From Eledone cirrhosa (taxonomy: Eukaryota): a stretch of 64,000 nt of DNA. The stretch covers positions 2,480,001-2,544,000 of the forward strand of contig OZ024763.1 of the NCBI GenBank assembly GCA_964016885.1, written 5' to 3'. Position 1 is the stretch's first letter. Each line of letters begins with the position of its first letter. Positions 42,098-52,879 of the stretch are shown here, piece by piece. Made by a program: the position numbers and the translations under genes. Below the pieces are notes generated by a model that worked only from the letters and a program-made list of their open reading frames with translations, did no database searches and was not told the origin of the DNA.

Positions 42098-42194
42098 CAT
42101 CATCATCATCATCATCATCATACGTCTGCTTTTCCCTGCCTGCAAGGGAGGGACGGGTCTTATACAGCACAGCATCTCTCCACTTGTCACGGTC
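42097..42194 (-). mobile_element. Short RTE LINE 3' end
   Basis: Minus strand DRDKWRDAVLYKTRPSLAGREKQT + (ATG)n; homologous to 9396-9485. Confidence 0.8.
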
Positions 42195-42387
42195 AAGGAA
42201 ATGTGGTAAGGAACCAGGTGGACCATAACGCACCAGAGTACTCAATACTTAGGGTAGTAGAGTGGATAATAGGAAAATGTTTGACCCCGATGGCAGAGCT
42301 CAAGCAGTTTCGACAGCTATTTCTGGACTCCAGAAATAGCCGTCGAAACGGCTTGAGCTCTGCCGTCGGGGTCAAACATTTTCCTAT
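42195..42387 (-). mobile_element. GC-rich hairpin family H copy
   Basis: Reverse-oriented tail + ataggaaaatgtttgacccc...ggggtcaaacattttcctat. Confidence 0.9.
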
Positions 42388-42391
42388 ATTT

Positions 42392-42421
<30 letters not shown>

Positions 42422-42424
<3 letters not shown>

Positions 42425-42485
42425 GGAACGAGTAGGACCCCGACGGCTGAGCTCAAGCCGTTTCGACGGCTAATTCTGGACTAAA
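42422..42485 (+). mobile_element. Family H left arm only (a matching tail fragment lies at 42997-43066, minus strand)
   Basis: ataggaacgagtaggaccccgacggctgagctcaagccgtttcgacggctaattctggac. Confidence 0.85.
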
Positions 42486-42555
42486 ATGTGTATATATATA
42501 TATATATATATATACGATATTAAACAAATGGAAACTATATTTATAAAACCATATT

Positions 42556-42621
42556 TATTTCATTATACATATTTCAGGGATACCATATTAAAAATATGGC
42601 ATGCCTTCGTCAGATAAAATA
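42556..42621 (-). ncRNA. Type I hammerhead motif (mirror copy)
   Basis: Reverse complement of 42764-42829. Confidence 0.7.
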
Positions 42622-42763
42622 CAATATATAAACAGTTTTATAAATAATTTTGACGTACCATAATATAAGCGACCATTAAATTAGGAGGCTTATATTATGG
42701 TCGCTTATATTATGGTACGTCAAAATTATTTATAAAACTATTTATAAAACTGTTTATATATTG

Positions 42764-42829
42764 TATTTTATCTGACGAAGGCATGCCATATTTTTAATAT
42801 GGTATCCCTGAAATATGTATAGTGAAATA
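42764..42829 (+). ncRNA. Type I hammerhead ribozyme motif (AUA site)
   Basis: TATTTTAT-CTGACGA-AGG c ATGCCATATT ttt AATATGGTAT c CCT-GAAA-TATGTA-T-A-GTGAAATA; stem I kept through G-U pairs. Confidence 0.8.
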
Positions 42830-42956
42830 AATATGGTTTTATAAATATAGTTTCCATTTGTTTAATATCGTATATCTACTCCAAAACTTGTCGAGTGCTT
42901 TATATAAGTTATAAAATATTTACTTGTTGTATCCCAACAATTTTAAATAAAACTTT

Positions 42957-42999
<43 letters not shown>

Positions 43000-43121
43000 C
43001 GAAGGAAATGTGGTAAGGAACCAGATGGACCATAACGCACCAAAGTACTCAATACTTAGGGTAGAGAGAGAGTATAAGCCATCTAGAAATAGATACATAG
43101 ATATATCGACAGAATGGAAAT

Positions 43122-43292
43122 ATTGTTTCTACTTTTGGCACAAGGCCAGCAATTATCCCAGTGTATTACTGGTACTTTATTTTGTCGACCCCGTAAGGAT
43201 GAAAGGCAAAGTTAACCTCGGCGGGATTTGAACTCAGAATGGCAAGGGCCAGAGCTCTATGCTGCAAAACATGGCGTCTGATGCTCTGCCGG
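43122..43292 (-). mobile_element. SINE family A
   Basis: Same motif set as 893-1079. Confidence 0.85.
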
Positions 43293-43331
43293 AAATAATG
43301 TTGGCTTCTTCTGCCTTTTTCACTGAGAACC

Positions 43332-45900
43332 TGGTGGTGGTGGTGGTGGTAGTGGTGGTGGTGGTAGCAGTGGTGGTAGTGGTGGTGGTGGGGGTGATGG
43401 TGGTAGTGGTGGTGGTGGTGGTGGTGGTGGTGGGGGTGATGGTGGTAGTGGTGGTGGTGGGGGTGATGGTGGTGATGGTGGTGATGGTGGTGGCAGTGGT
43501 GGTGGTGGTAGTAGTGGCAGTGGTGGTGGTGGTGGTGGTGGCAATGGTGATGATGATGTTGAGGCAGTGGTGGTGGTGTCGGTGGTGGGGTGTGGTGATA
43601 GCAGTGGTGAACGTGCTGTTTGGGCAGTGGTGTTGATATGGTGGTGGTGGTGGGGGTGATGGTAGTAGTGGTGGTGGTGACGGTGGTGTTTTGGCAGTGG
43701 CGGTAGTGATAGTATCAGTGGTGGTGGTGGTGGTGTTGATATGGTGTTGATATGGTGGTGGTGGTGGTGGTGGTCAGGGTGGTGTGGTGGTAGTGATGGT
43801 ATCAGTGGTGGTGATGGTGTTGATATGGTGGTGGTGGTCAGGGTGGTGTGGTGGTAGTGATGGTGATGGTGTTGATATGGTGGTGGTGGTGGTCAGGGTG
43901 GTGTGGTGGTAGTGATGGTGATGGTGTTGATATGGTGGTGGTGGTGGTCAGGGTGGTGTGGTGGTAGTGATGGTGATGGTGTTGATATGGTGGTGGTGGT
44001 GGTCAGGGTGGTGTGGTGGTAGTGATGGTATCAGTGGTGGTGATGGTGATGGTGTTGATATGGTGGTGGTGGTGGTCAGGGTGGTGTGGTGGTAGTGATG
44101 GTGATGGTGTTGATATGGTGGTGGTGGTGGTCAGGGTGGTGTGGTGGTAGTGATGGTGATGGTGTTGATATGGTGGTGGTGGTGGTCAGGGTGGTGTGGT
44201 GGTAGTGATGGTGATGGTGTTGATATGGTGGTGGTGGTGGTCAGGGTGGTGTGGTGGTAGTGATGGTGATGGTGTTGATATGGTGGTGGTGGTCAGGGTG
44301 GTGTGGTGGTAGTGATGGTGATGGTGTTGATATGGTGGTGGTGGTGGTCAGGGTGGTGTGGTGGTAGTGATGGTGATGGTGTTGATATGGTGGTGGTGGT
44401 GGTCAGGGTGGTGTGGTGGTAGTGATGGTGATGGTGTTGATATGGTGGTGGTGGTGGTCAGGGTGGTGTGGTGGTAGTGATGGTATCAGTGGTGGTGATG
44501 GTGATGGTGTTGATATGGTGGTGGTGGTGGTCAGGGTGGTGTGGTGGTAGTGATGGTGATGGTGTTGATATGGTGGTGGTGGTGGTCAGGGTGGTGTGGT
44601 GGTAGTGATGGTGATGGTGTTGATATGGTGGTGGTGGTGGTCAGGGTGGTGTGGTGGTAGTGATGGTGATGGTGTTGATATGGTGGTGGTGGTGGTCAGG
44701 GTGGTGTGGTGGTAGTGATGGTGATGGTGTTGATATGGTGGTGGTGGTCAGGGTGGTGTGGTGGTAGTGATGGTGATGGTGTTGATATGGTGGTGGTGGT
44801 CAGGGTGGTGTGGTGGTAGTGATGGTGATGGTGTTGATATGGTGGTGGTGGTGGTCAGGGTGGTGTGGTGGTAGTGATGGTATCAGTGGTGGTGATGGTG
44901 TTGATATGGTGGTGGTGGTGGTCAGGGTGGTGTGGTGGTAGTGATGGTATCAGTGGTGGTGATGGTGTTGATATGGTGGTGGTGGTGGTCAGGGTGGTGT
45001 GGTGTTAGTGATGGTATTAGTGGTGGTGATGGTGATGGTGTTGATATGGTGGTGGTGGTGGTCAGGGTGGTGTGGTGGTAGTGATGGTATTAGTGGTGGT
45101 GATGGTGATGGTGTTGATGTGGTGGTGGTGGTGGTCAGGGTGGTGTGGTGGTAGTGATGGTATCAGTGGTGGTGATGGTGATGGTGTTGATGTGGTGGTG
45201 GTGGTGGTAGTGATGGTATCAGTGGTGGTGATGGTGGTGTTGATATGGTGGTGGTGGGGGTGACGGTGGTGTTTAGGCAGTGGTGGTAGTGATGGTATTA
45301 GTGGTGGTGATGGTGATGGTGTTGATATGGTGGTGGTGGTGGTGGTGGTAGTGATGGTATCAGTGGTGGTGATGGTGGTGTTGATATGGTGGTGGTGGGG
45401 GTGACGGTGGTGTTTAGGCAGTGGTGGTAGTGATGGTATTAGTGGTGGTGATGGTGATGGTGTTGATATGGTGGTGGTGGTGGTGGTGGTAGTGATGGTA
45501 TCAGTGGTGGTGATGGTGGTGTTGATATGGTGGTGGTGGGGGTGACGGTGGTGTTTAGGCAGTGGTGGTAGTGATGGTATTAGTGGTGGTGATGGTGATG
45601 GTGTTGATATGGTGGTGGTGGTGGTGGTGGTAGTGATGGTATCAGTGGTGGTGATGGTGGTGTTGATATGGTGGTGGTGGGGGTGACGGTGGTGTTTAGG
45701 CAGTGGTGGTAGTGATGGTATTAGTGGTGGTGATGGTGATGGTGTTGATATGGTGGTGGTGGTGGTGGTGGTAGTGATGGTATCAGTGGTGGTGATGGTG
45801 GTGTTGATATGGTGGTGGTGGGGGTGACGGTGGTGTTTAGGCAGTGGTGGTAGTGATGGTATCAGTGGTGGTGGTGGTGGTGGTGGTATCAGTAGTAGTA
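43332..45900. repeat. GGT-rich minisatellite: ~54-bp units, then ~138-bp higher-order units
   Basis: gtgttgatatggtggtggtggtggtcagggtggtgtggtggtagtgatggtgatg; later ...ggggtgacggtggtgtttaggcagtgg... five times. Confidence 0.92.
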
Positions 45901-46503
45901 TGGTAGAGAGGGAGAACTAAACATTGTCACATAAACAATAAGTTACTCTAACTCAGGTCCTGGGACACTTCACCCTCCTCCACCTCCCACTACACCCCAC
46001 CCCACCGACCTCCCACCTCATTGTTTTACCTCCCTCTGTCTCTTTATCTCTCTTCCCTTGCCCCATCTTTTCACTATCTCTCCCTTCTCGCTCTCTCTCT
46101 ATATATATATATATATCTCTCTCTATCTCTCTCTGTCTCCCTCCCGCCCTCCTTTCCTTTCTCTCTCTCTCTCTAAATCTTATTGTTTTACTCCTCTTCA
46201 TCAGACACACACACACACATATATATACACACACACATATATATATATACACACACACATATATATATATATACACACACACATATATATAAGCTCATAC
46301 ACATATTACTGCTTCACAGATTTTTACATAGATACACACACACACACACATATATATATATACACATACACACACACATATACATATACACACATATATA
46401 TACACACACATACACATATACACACACATATATATACACACACATACACACACACGTATACTCACGTATACACACTCATATATATATATATATACCCACA
46501 CAT

Positions 46504-46534
<31 letters not shown>

Positions 46535-48162
46535 TATATACACACACATATACTCATGTATACACACTCATATATATATATATATACACACATACACACA
46601 TATATATATATATAGACATACACATACATAGTGCTTCACCCCCCATCCTATTTCCTTCACCTTCTCCACCTCCATTGACCAAACTTGCCCAGCCTTGAGT
46701 CAGCTCCTCTCCACTTGGCTGTTCTTCCCAGCCTCCTCTTCGTTCAGCCCCTCCCTCCACCCTATTCCTCTGTTCTACCCACCTCTGTTCTTTTCTACCC
46801 AGCCTCCACCCCCACCCTCTATATGTAGTTCTTTACTATCTTCATTAAGGAGCAGCAGTCACCATCACCATCGTAGCACCATCACCACCACCATTACCAT
46901 CACCATCATAGCCATCACCATCACAGAACGTAGCCATCACCATTATCATCACCATCATAGCACCATCATAGCCATCACCATCATAGATCATAGCCATCAC
47001 CATCATTACCATCACCATCATAGCCATCACCATCATAGCCATCACCATTATCATCATCATAGCCATCACCATCATAGCCATCACCATCATAGATCATAGC
47101 CATCACCATCATTACCATCACCATCATAGCCATCACCATTATCATCATCATAGCCATCACCATCATAGCCATCACCATCATAGCCATCACCATTATCATC
47201 ATCATAGCCATCATTACCATCATAGTCATCACCATTATCATCTCATAGCCATCACCATTATCATCACCATCATAGCCAACACCATTATCACCATCATAAC
47301 CATCACCATCATTACCATAGCCATCACCATCATTACCATCATAGCCATCACCATCATCATCATAGCCATCACCATCATTACCATCATAGCCATCACCATC
47401 ATCATCATAGCCATCACCATCATTACCATCATAGCCATCACCATCATCATAGCCATCACCATCATCACCAACACCATCATCACCATCACCATCATCACCA
47501 TCATCACCATCACCATCGTAACAATCGTTTAACATTGGAATATCATATTAAACTTACTGAACCCGCCCTGCCTCTCACTCTCTCTATATATATCACACAC
47601 ACCCTCTCTCGCCATCTCTCCCTGTCCCTCTCTATCTATATATCTCACACACACACACCCTCTCCGTCTTTGTATATATCACCCACCCTCTCTCTCTCTA
47701 TATATATATATATCATACACCCTCCCTCTCTCACTGTATATATCACCCTCCCTCTCTCTCTCTCCATATATATCACCCCCCCTCTCTCTCCATATATATC
47801 ACTCCCCCTCTCTCTCCATATATATCACCCCCTCTCTCTCTCTCTCCATATATATCACACACCCCTCTCTCTCTCTCCATATATATCACACACCCCTCTC
47901 TCTCCATATAAATCACCCCCCCCCCTCTCTCCATATATATCACACACCCTCCCTCTCTGTCACTGTATATATCACCCTCCCTCTCTCTCACTGTATATAT
48001 CACCCTCCCTCCCCCTCTCTCTCTCCATATATATCAGTCAGTGAGACCCTTAAAAAAAGCCATAACAGTATTTAAATTATTCTCTTAACTAAAAACAAAC
48101 GAGAGAGAAAAGCAGAGAAACGAATTAAAAAACACCGCCACTATATATATATATATATATAT

Positions 48163-48295
48163 AATTGTTTCTACTATTGGCACAAGGCCAGCAATAACCC
48201 AGTGCATTACTGGTACTTTATTTTATCGACCCCGTAAGGGTGAAAGGCAAAGTCAACCTCGGCGAAAAATAAGCCCCAAAACTAATTCATCGCCG

Positions 48296-48329
<34 letters not shown>

Positions 48330-48426
48330 GTTTCTACTTTAGACACAAGGCCAGCAATAACCCAGTACATTACTGGTACTTTATTTTATCGACCCCGTAA
48401 GGATGAAAGGCAAAATTAACCTCGGC
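48163..48426 (-). mobile_element. Two SINE family A 3' halves
   Basis: 48163-48264 and 48326-48426. Confidence 0.85.
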
Positions 48427-48864
48427 AACGGCGATGAATTAGTTTTGCGAGGTTTTTGATATGAAATCGTGTGTCGAAACAAATATTGTTATACTTGCAT
48501 GATAAACTATATATATGTGTTTGTGTCTATATTGTATCTGTGTGTTTGACCGTTGGTCAGTCAATGGCAACATTGAGGACCGAATAAATTAAATTAACCG
48601 ATATAAAAGACACAGAAGCGAAAATCAACCAAACAGTGAGTGTGTTCTGTTATTAATTCTGGGAATATTACACAAATATGACCCTCCCCAAGTATATATA
48701 TATATATATATATATAGATTTTGAGTTTATGTTGGTTGTATACCAACACCTCAATATGCAGGCTGGAGCACTCGACGAAGTGCGCAGGTTGGTTTGGTTA
48801 CTCCGGAGTAGTGTAAAATAAAGTTAAATAAAAGTCAAATGATTAAAATTTAGCTTCGTTTATT

Positions 48865-48919
48865 ACTGCTATATATATTTCAGTGACAGCCATCTTTGGC
48901 TGTGACCTCTTCAGGCAGT
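48865..48919 (-). ncRNA. Type I hammerhead motif (mirror copy)
   Basis: Reverse complement of 49133-49187. Confidence 0.75.
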
Positions 48920-49132
48920 TTGAATTAGTATGGTATAGACAAGTACATATGTTGTTTAGGTGTATGATATTGTCAATACTCTGATATGCCCAGTTCCTTG
49001 TTGGGTTGTTAATTCACTGGGGAACTGTTCCCCAGTGAATTAACAACCCAACAAGGAACTGGGCATATCAGAGTATTGACAATATCATACACCTAAACAA
49101 CATATGTACTTGTCTATACCATACTAATTCAA

Positions 49133-49187
49133 ACTGCCTGAAGAGGTCACAGCCAAAGATGGCTGTCACTGAAATATATATAGCAGT
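49133..49187 (+). ncRNA. Type I hammerhead ribozyme motif (AUA site)
   Basis: ACTGC-CTGAAGA-GGtcACAGCCA aaga TGGCTGTcaCT-GAAA-TATATA-T-A-GCAGT, then AATAAA. Confidence 0.8.
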
Positions 49188-49231
49188 AATAAACGAAGCT
49201 AAATTTTAATCATTTGACTTTTATTTAACTT

Positions 49232-49270
<39 letters not shown>

Positions 49271-49324
49271 ATAGATTGCATTTTTTGTTTTTAAAATCCA
49301 ACGTCAATAAATACGCCAGGATTT

Positions 49325-49385
49325 TTTCATTCTGATGATTGAAAGCAACATTTTTTTGCTTTTAAGAAACCACTGGTAAATGAAA
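49325..49385 (+). ncRNA. Type I hammerhead ribozyme motif (GUA site), best formed in the window
   Basis: TTTCATT-CTGATGA-TTGAAAGCAA cattttt TTGCTTTTAA-GAAA-CC act GG-T-A-AATGAAA; 7-bp stem I, 10-bp stem II. Confidence 0.85.
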
Positions 49386-49505
49386 TAATTGCCTTATGTT
49401 GTTTATTACATAACTATATAAATAAATATATATATATATATATAAACAATGAGTTATATATATATAGTAGTTATATCTAAAGTTAGTGTGTATATATATA
49501 TATAT

Positions 49506-49635
49506 ATAGGAAAATGTTCAAGACCCCGACGGCTGAGCTCAAGCCGTTGCGACGGCTATTTCCTACTCTACTACTCTAAGTATTGAGTACTCTGGTGCGT
49601 TGTGGTCCACCTGATTCCTTACCACACTCCCTTCG

Positions 49636-49638
<3 letters not shown>
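49506..49638 (+). mobile_element. Family H copy lacking the right arm
   Basis: Left arm joined directly to the tail. Confidence 0.85.
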
Positions 49639-49675
<37 letters not shown>

Positions 49676-49955
49676 CTTAGTAATTTACTGAAAGTGTTTA
49701 AGTGTTTACTGAAGAAAACAATACCAAATTTTTCATTGACAATTAAAGAAAGTTGTGTAAATGAAACCCCCTAAACCCCCTAAAAAGACCCGGGAACCAG
49801 ATCTAAACCCTACCCAAACTTTAGTTAAATAATTCTTTATTTAAATCTTCAAGCCTTTATTTAATCTTTAGAAACCCCTTAAAAAAACTTAGATAAAAAC
49901 AAGGGTAGATGTTTGTTATGTTGGAGTTGAATGGAAGTTATTTGTTAAGTTGTAA

Positions 49956-50145
49956 TAACTGTTTCTACTTTTAGACACAAGGCCAGCAATTAACCAGTGC
50001 ATTACTGGTACTTTATTTTATCGACCCCGTAAGGATGAAAGGCAAAGTTAACCTCGGCGGGATTTGATCTCAGATCGTAAAGGGACGTAACTATGCTGGA
50101 AAGCATGGCGTCCGACTCTCTACCGATACTGCCAATTCACCACCC
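49956..50145 (-). mobile_element. SINE family A, full length, with TSD
   Basis: Flanked by ttaagttgtaataac on both sides. Confidence 0.9.
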
Positions 50146-50289
50146 TTAAGTTGTAATAACATCGGGGTTAGGGGAGAGAAAAAAAACCCTCAATGAGGGG
50201 ATAATATAAAAATATATTTATTATTTATTCAGATGAATTAATGAAAAATGAAAATGAAAGAAGAAGAAAAATAAGCCCCAAACAATTTT

Positions 50290-50455
50290 GGTCGAACGCC
50301 ATGCTTGGCGGCATAGAGTTACGGCCCTTTACGGCCTGAGTTCAAATCCTGCCGAGGTTAACTTTGCCTTTCATCATTACGGGGGGCCGATAAAATAAAG
50401 TACAAGTAATGTACTGAGAGTAAATTGCTGGCCTTGTGCCCAAAGTATAAATAAT
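50290..50455 (+). mobile_element. SINE family A
   Basis: gccatgcttggcggcatagagttacggccc...gagttcaaatcctgccgaggttaactttgcctttcat. Confidence 0.85.
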
Positions 50456-50583
50456 TATGTGTCTATTAAGTTTAGTATGGAGATTGGGAGTGACACGTTT
50501 AAACCACCCACCCGGATTTCAGACAGGTTCTACTAGAAGATTTAAACCTCTTACAAATAAATAACACATATAATAATAATATA

Positions 50584-50681
50584 CAGGTAAAATTCCGTTA
50601 TAACAAATACCATTATAAAGAATTTTTTTTACAACGAATTTTTTTATAGCCCGTGAATTTGGTTATAACGGAATTTCACTT
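50584..50681. mobile_element. Tc1/mariner-pogo type MITE
   Basis: TA|caggtaaaattccgttataac...gttataacggaatttcactt|TA terminal inverted repeats. Confidence 0.65.
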
Positions 50682-51279
50682 TATATAAAAAGGGATTAAA
50701 GACAGACGAAAAAAATACAAAACTTTCAGCAAGTTCTGTAGAGAGGAAATACCCCACCCACCAGAAGGCTAGAGTTTCATGTTGGACACAAGGTTTACAC
50801 ACGTTTAAACCACCCACCCGGATTCCGTACAGCACTACCTTAATATTGAAACCCCTTAGAATTAATAACATATATAATATCTGAAGGGATTAAAATTAAA
50901 GCAGGAGAAAAAAATCTTTAAGTAATTTCTGTATTTAGTGTGGACAGTGGAAAAACGGGAGTATATAAACCACCCACCCGGATTTCTGACAGTACTTCCA
51001 TAATATTTTAATAAACCCTTAGAATTAATAACATATATAATAATATACCAAAAGGGGGTCGAAGAAGGAAAAATACTCCTCAAAACACCCCCAACAAGTC
51101 CAGAGTTTCATGCTGGACATTGGGATACACACGTATATACCATCCACCCGGAACTTGGTCAGTACTTCCATAATAGTTAAACCTCCTTAGAAATAATAAC
51201 ATATAATAATATTTAAAAAGGCGTTTAAAGAGGCGAACAAAACCCCTAAAAAAAACTCCTAAAAGTTTAGTATTTCATC

Positions 51280-51791
51280 AGTGCCGGCCACATTCCACGC
51301 CATGCTGCCTTCAACGAGGTCTTTAAGCATGGCTTGGACGCTGCAGGCTTCCCTCCCCAACTCGAGCCGGTGGGGTTGGATCGAGGGGACGGCAAAAGGC
51401 CAGATGGCATGACCATCTTCCCGTTCCGCGGTGGCAAACCCCCGTCTGAGATGCCACTTGCACCGACACTTTCTGCAGCCGCAACCTGGTGCAGTCTGCG
51501 ACTGACCCAGGTTCTGCTGCACGTCGGGCTGAGGCGGCCAAACTCCTCAAATACCGGTCGCTCTCCGACAGGTTTGCGGTCGTACCCCTGGCAGTGGAGA
51601 CTTCGGGTGTCCTCGGCCCCAGGGCTACCTCCTTACTCACCACCATAGGCGCTAAGCTGGCCAGCTGCAGGTGTGAGCCCCGCGAGTTGGAGTGGCTTTT
51701 CCAGCGCGTTTCCCTTGCCGTCCTCCGGGGAAACGCCTTCTCCATTCTGCTCGCCGGGGCTGTGGGTGGGCCCCATCGCGTACCGTTGTAG
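51280..51791 (+). pseudogene. C-terminal restriction-like endonuclease fragment of a CRE-type non-LTR retrotransposon
   Basis: PRHAAFNEVFKHGLDAAGFPPQLEPVGLDRGDGKRPDGMTIFPFRGGKP(frameshift)V*DATCTDTF...AAKLLKYRSL...PLAVETSGVLG...QRVSLAVLRGNA; RH, RPD, K..KY, P..vET.G and RGNA motifs; frameshift near 51443 and TGG>TGA stop. Confidence 0.85.
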
Positions 51792-51960
51792 TTGTTGTAG
51801 AAGAAACAGGAAGACAACAACTGGAAAGTTTGTTTTAGCTGGAGTTCTAAGTGATAGTGAATGCAATATTTTAGGACACTAGAGAAACCCGAGTGTATAT
51901 ACCACCCACCTGGATTTCGGACGGGCACTGCCATAATATTTAAATAAACCCCTTAGAATT

Positions 51961-52000
<40 letters not shown>

Positions 52001-52224
52001 TAAAAGAAGCGATATACACACACACAACTTCCTAACAAGCCTGAGACGATTATTTATTATCCATTAATGTAGGATATTATGTTGGACTCGTGGGTATACC
52101 CACGAGTACAAACCACCCACCCGGAACTTGGACTGTATACTGCTATATAAGGGTTAACGTTTAACAACTATGTATATATATATATATGTGTGTATGTATG
52201 TCTATATAGTTGAGTTGTATGGAG

Positions 52225-52415
52225 TCTAAGTCTGAAGTCTGTCTTAAGCAGAAGACTCATTTGGACGGCGTTTATCCCGGTTTCGTGGCTTGAAGCGACT
52301 GAGAGCACTAGACTTCCCCCTGGACAGGACACCAGTCCATCGCAGGGTTAAACCTCCAGCTATTGCTGGTACTCATTTTCAGCTGAGTAAACTGGAGCAA
52401 CTTGAAATGAAGTGT
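52225..52415 (-). mobile_element. SINE family C 3' part (V-domain-like body)
   Basis: Minus strand ttgctccagtttactcagctgaaaatgagtaccagc...ccctgcgatggactggtgtcctgtccaggggg...(agactt)n tail. Confidence 0.7.
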
Positions 52416-52459
52416 ATATTATATATACATATATATATATGTATATATACATACGTATA

Positions 52460-52655
52460 TAACGAAGGAGGTGTGGTAAGGAGCCAGATGGACCATAACG
52501 CACCAGAGTACTCAATACTTAGGGTAGTAGAGTGAGTAATGGGAAAATGTTTAACCTCGACGGCAGAGCTCAAGCCGTTTCGACGGCTATTTCTGGACTA
52601 GAAATAGCCGTCGAAACGGCTTGAGCTCTGCCGTCGGGGTTAAACATTTTCCTAT
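52460..52655 (-). mobile_element. GC-rich hairpin family H copy
   Basis: Reverse tail + ggaaaatgtttaacc...ggttaaacattttcc. Confidence 0.9.
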
Positions 52656-52879
52656 TACATACATATATATATATATATATACATACGCATGTATATTACA
52701 TCTATTATTGTTGTATGGAGACAGTATTTTTATTTGTTAACATAACCGTCATCACAAGATTACAAATAAAAAGGGGAAAGGGAAAAGAAAAACACACACA
52801 AGCGGGTAATACCCACATCTAGGACCACATAGAACAAAAGGTTGACGAAAAGGGTGGACAAACGAACCACGCGTGGTTT

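Larger units (their letters stand above)
42514..42960 (+). mobile_element. Fold-back Penelope-like element: ~165-bp inverted arms + tail
   Basis: 42514-42676 versus ~42697-42871 are reverse complements; gagtgct at 42893; TA flanks. Confidence 0.8.
48717..49238 (-). mobile_element. Fold-back Penelope-like element: tail + 212-bp-arm palindrome centred on 49026
   Basis: 48814-49025 is the reverse complement of 49027-49238 with a 1-nt spacer; agcactc at 48767. Confidence 0.85.
50488..52157. mobile_element. Probable DNA transposon segment with degenerate ~160-bp units, ending AGGG|TTAA
   Basis: accacccacccgga recurs near 50502, 50808, 50968, 51138, 51901 and 52112; 22-bp palindrome at 52086-52107; aagggttaa at 52149. 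Confidence 0.5.

Noticed and set aside
49764-49815. Telomere-like aaccccctaa repeats
   Set aside because: Only two or three imperfect units, not a TTAGGG array.
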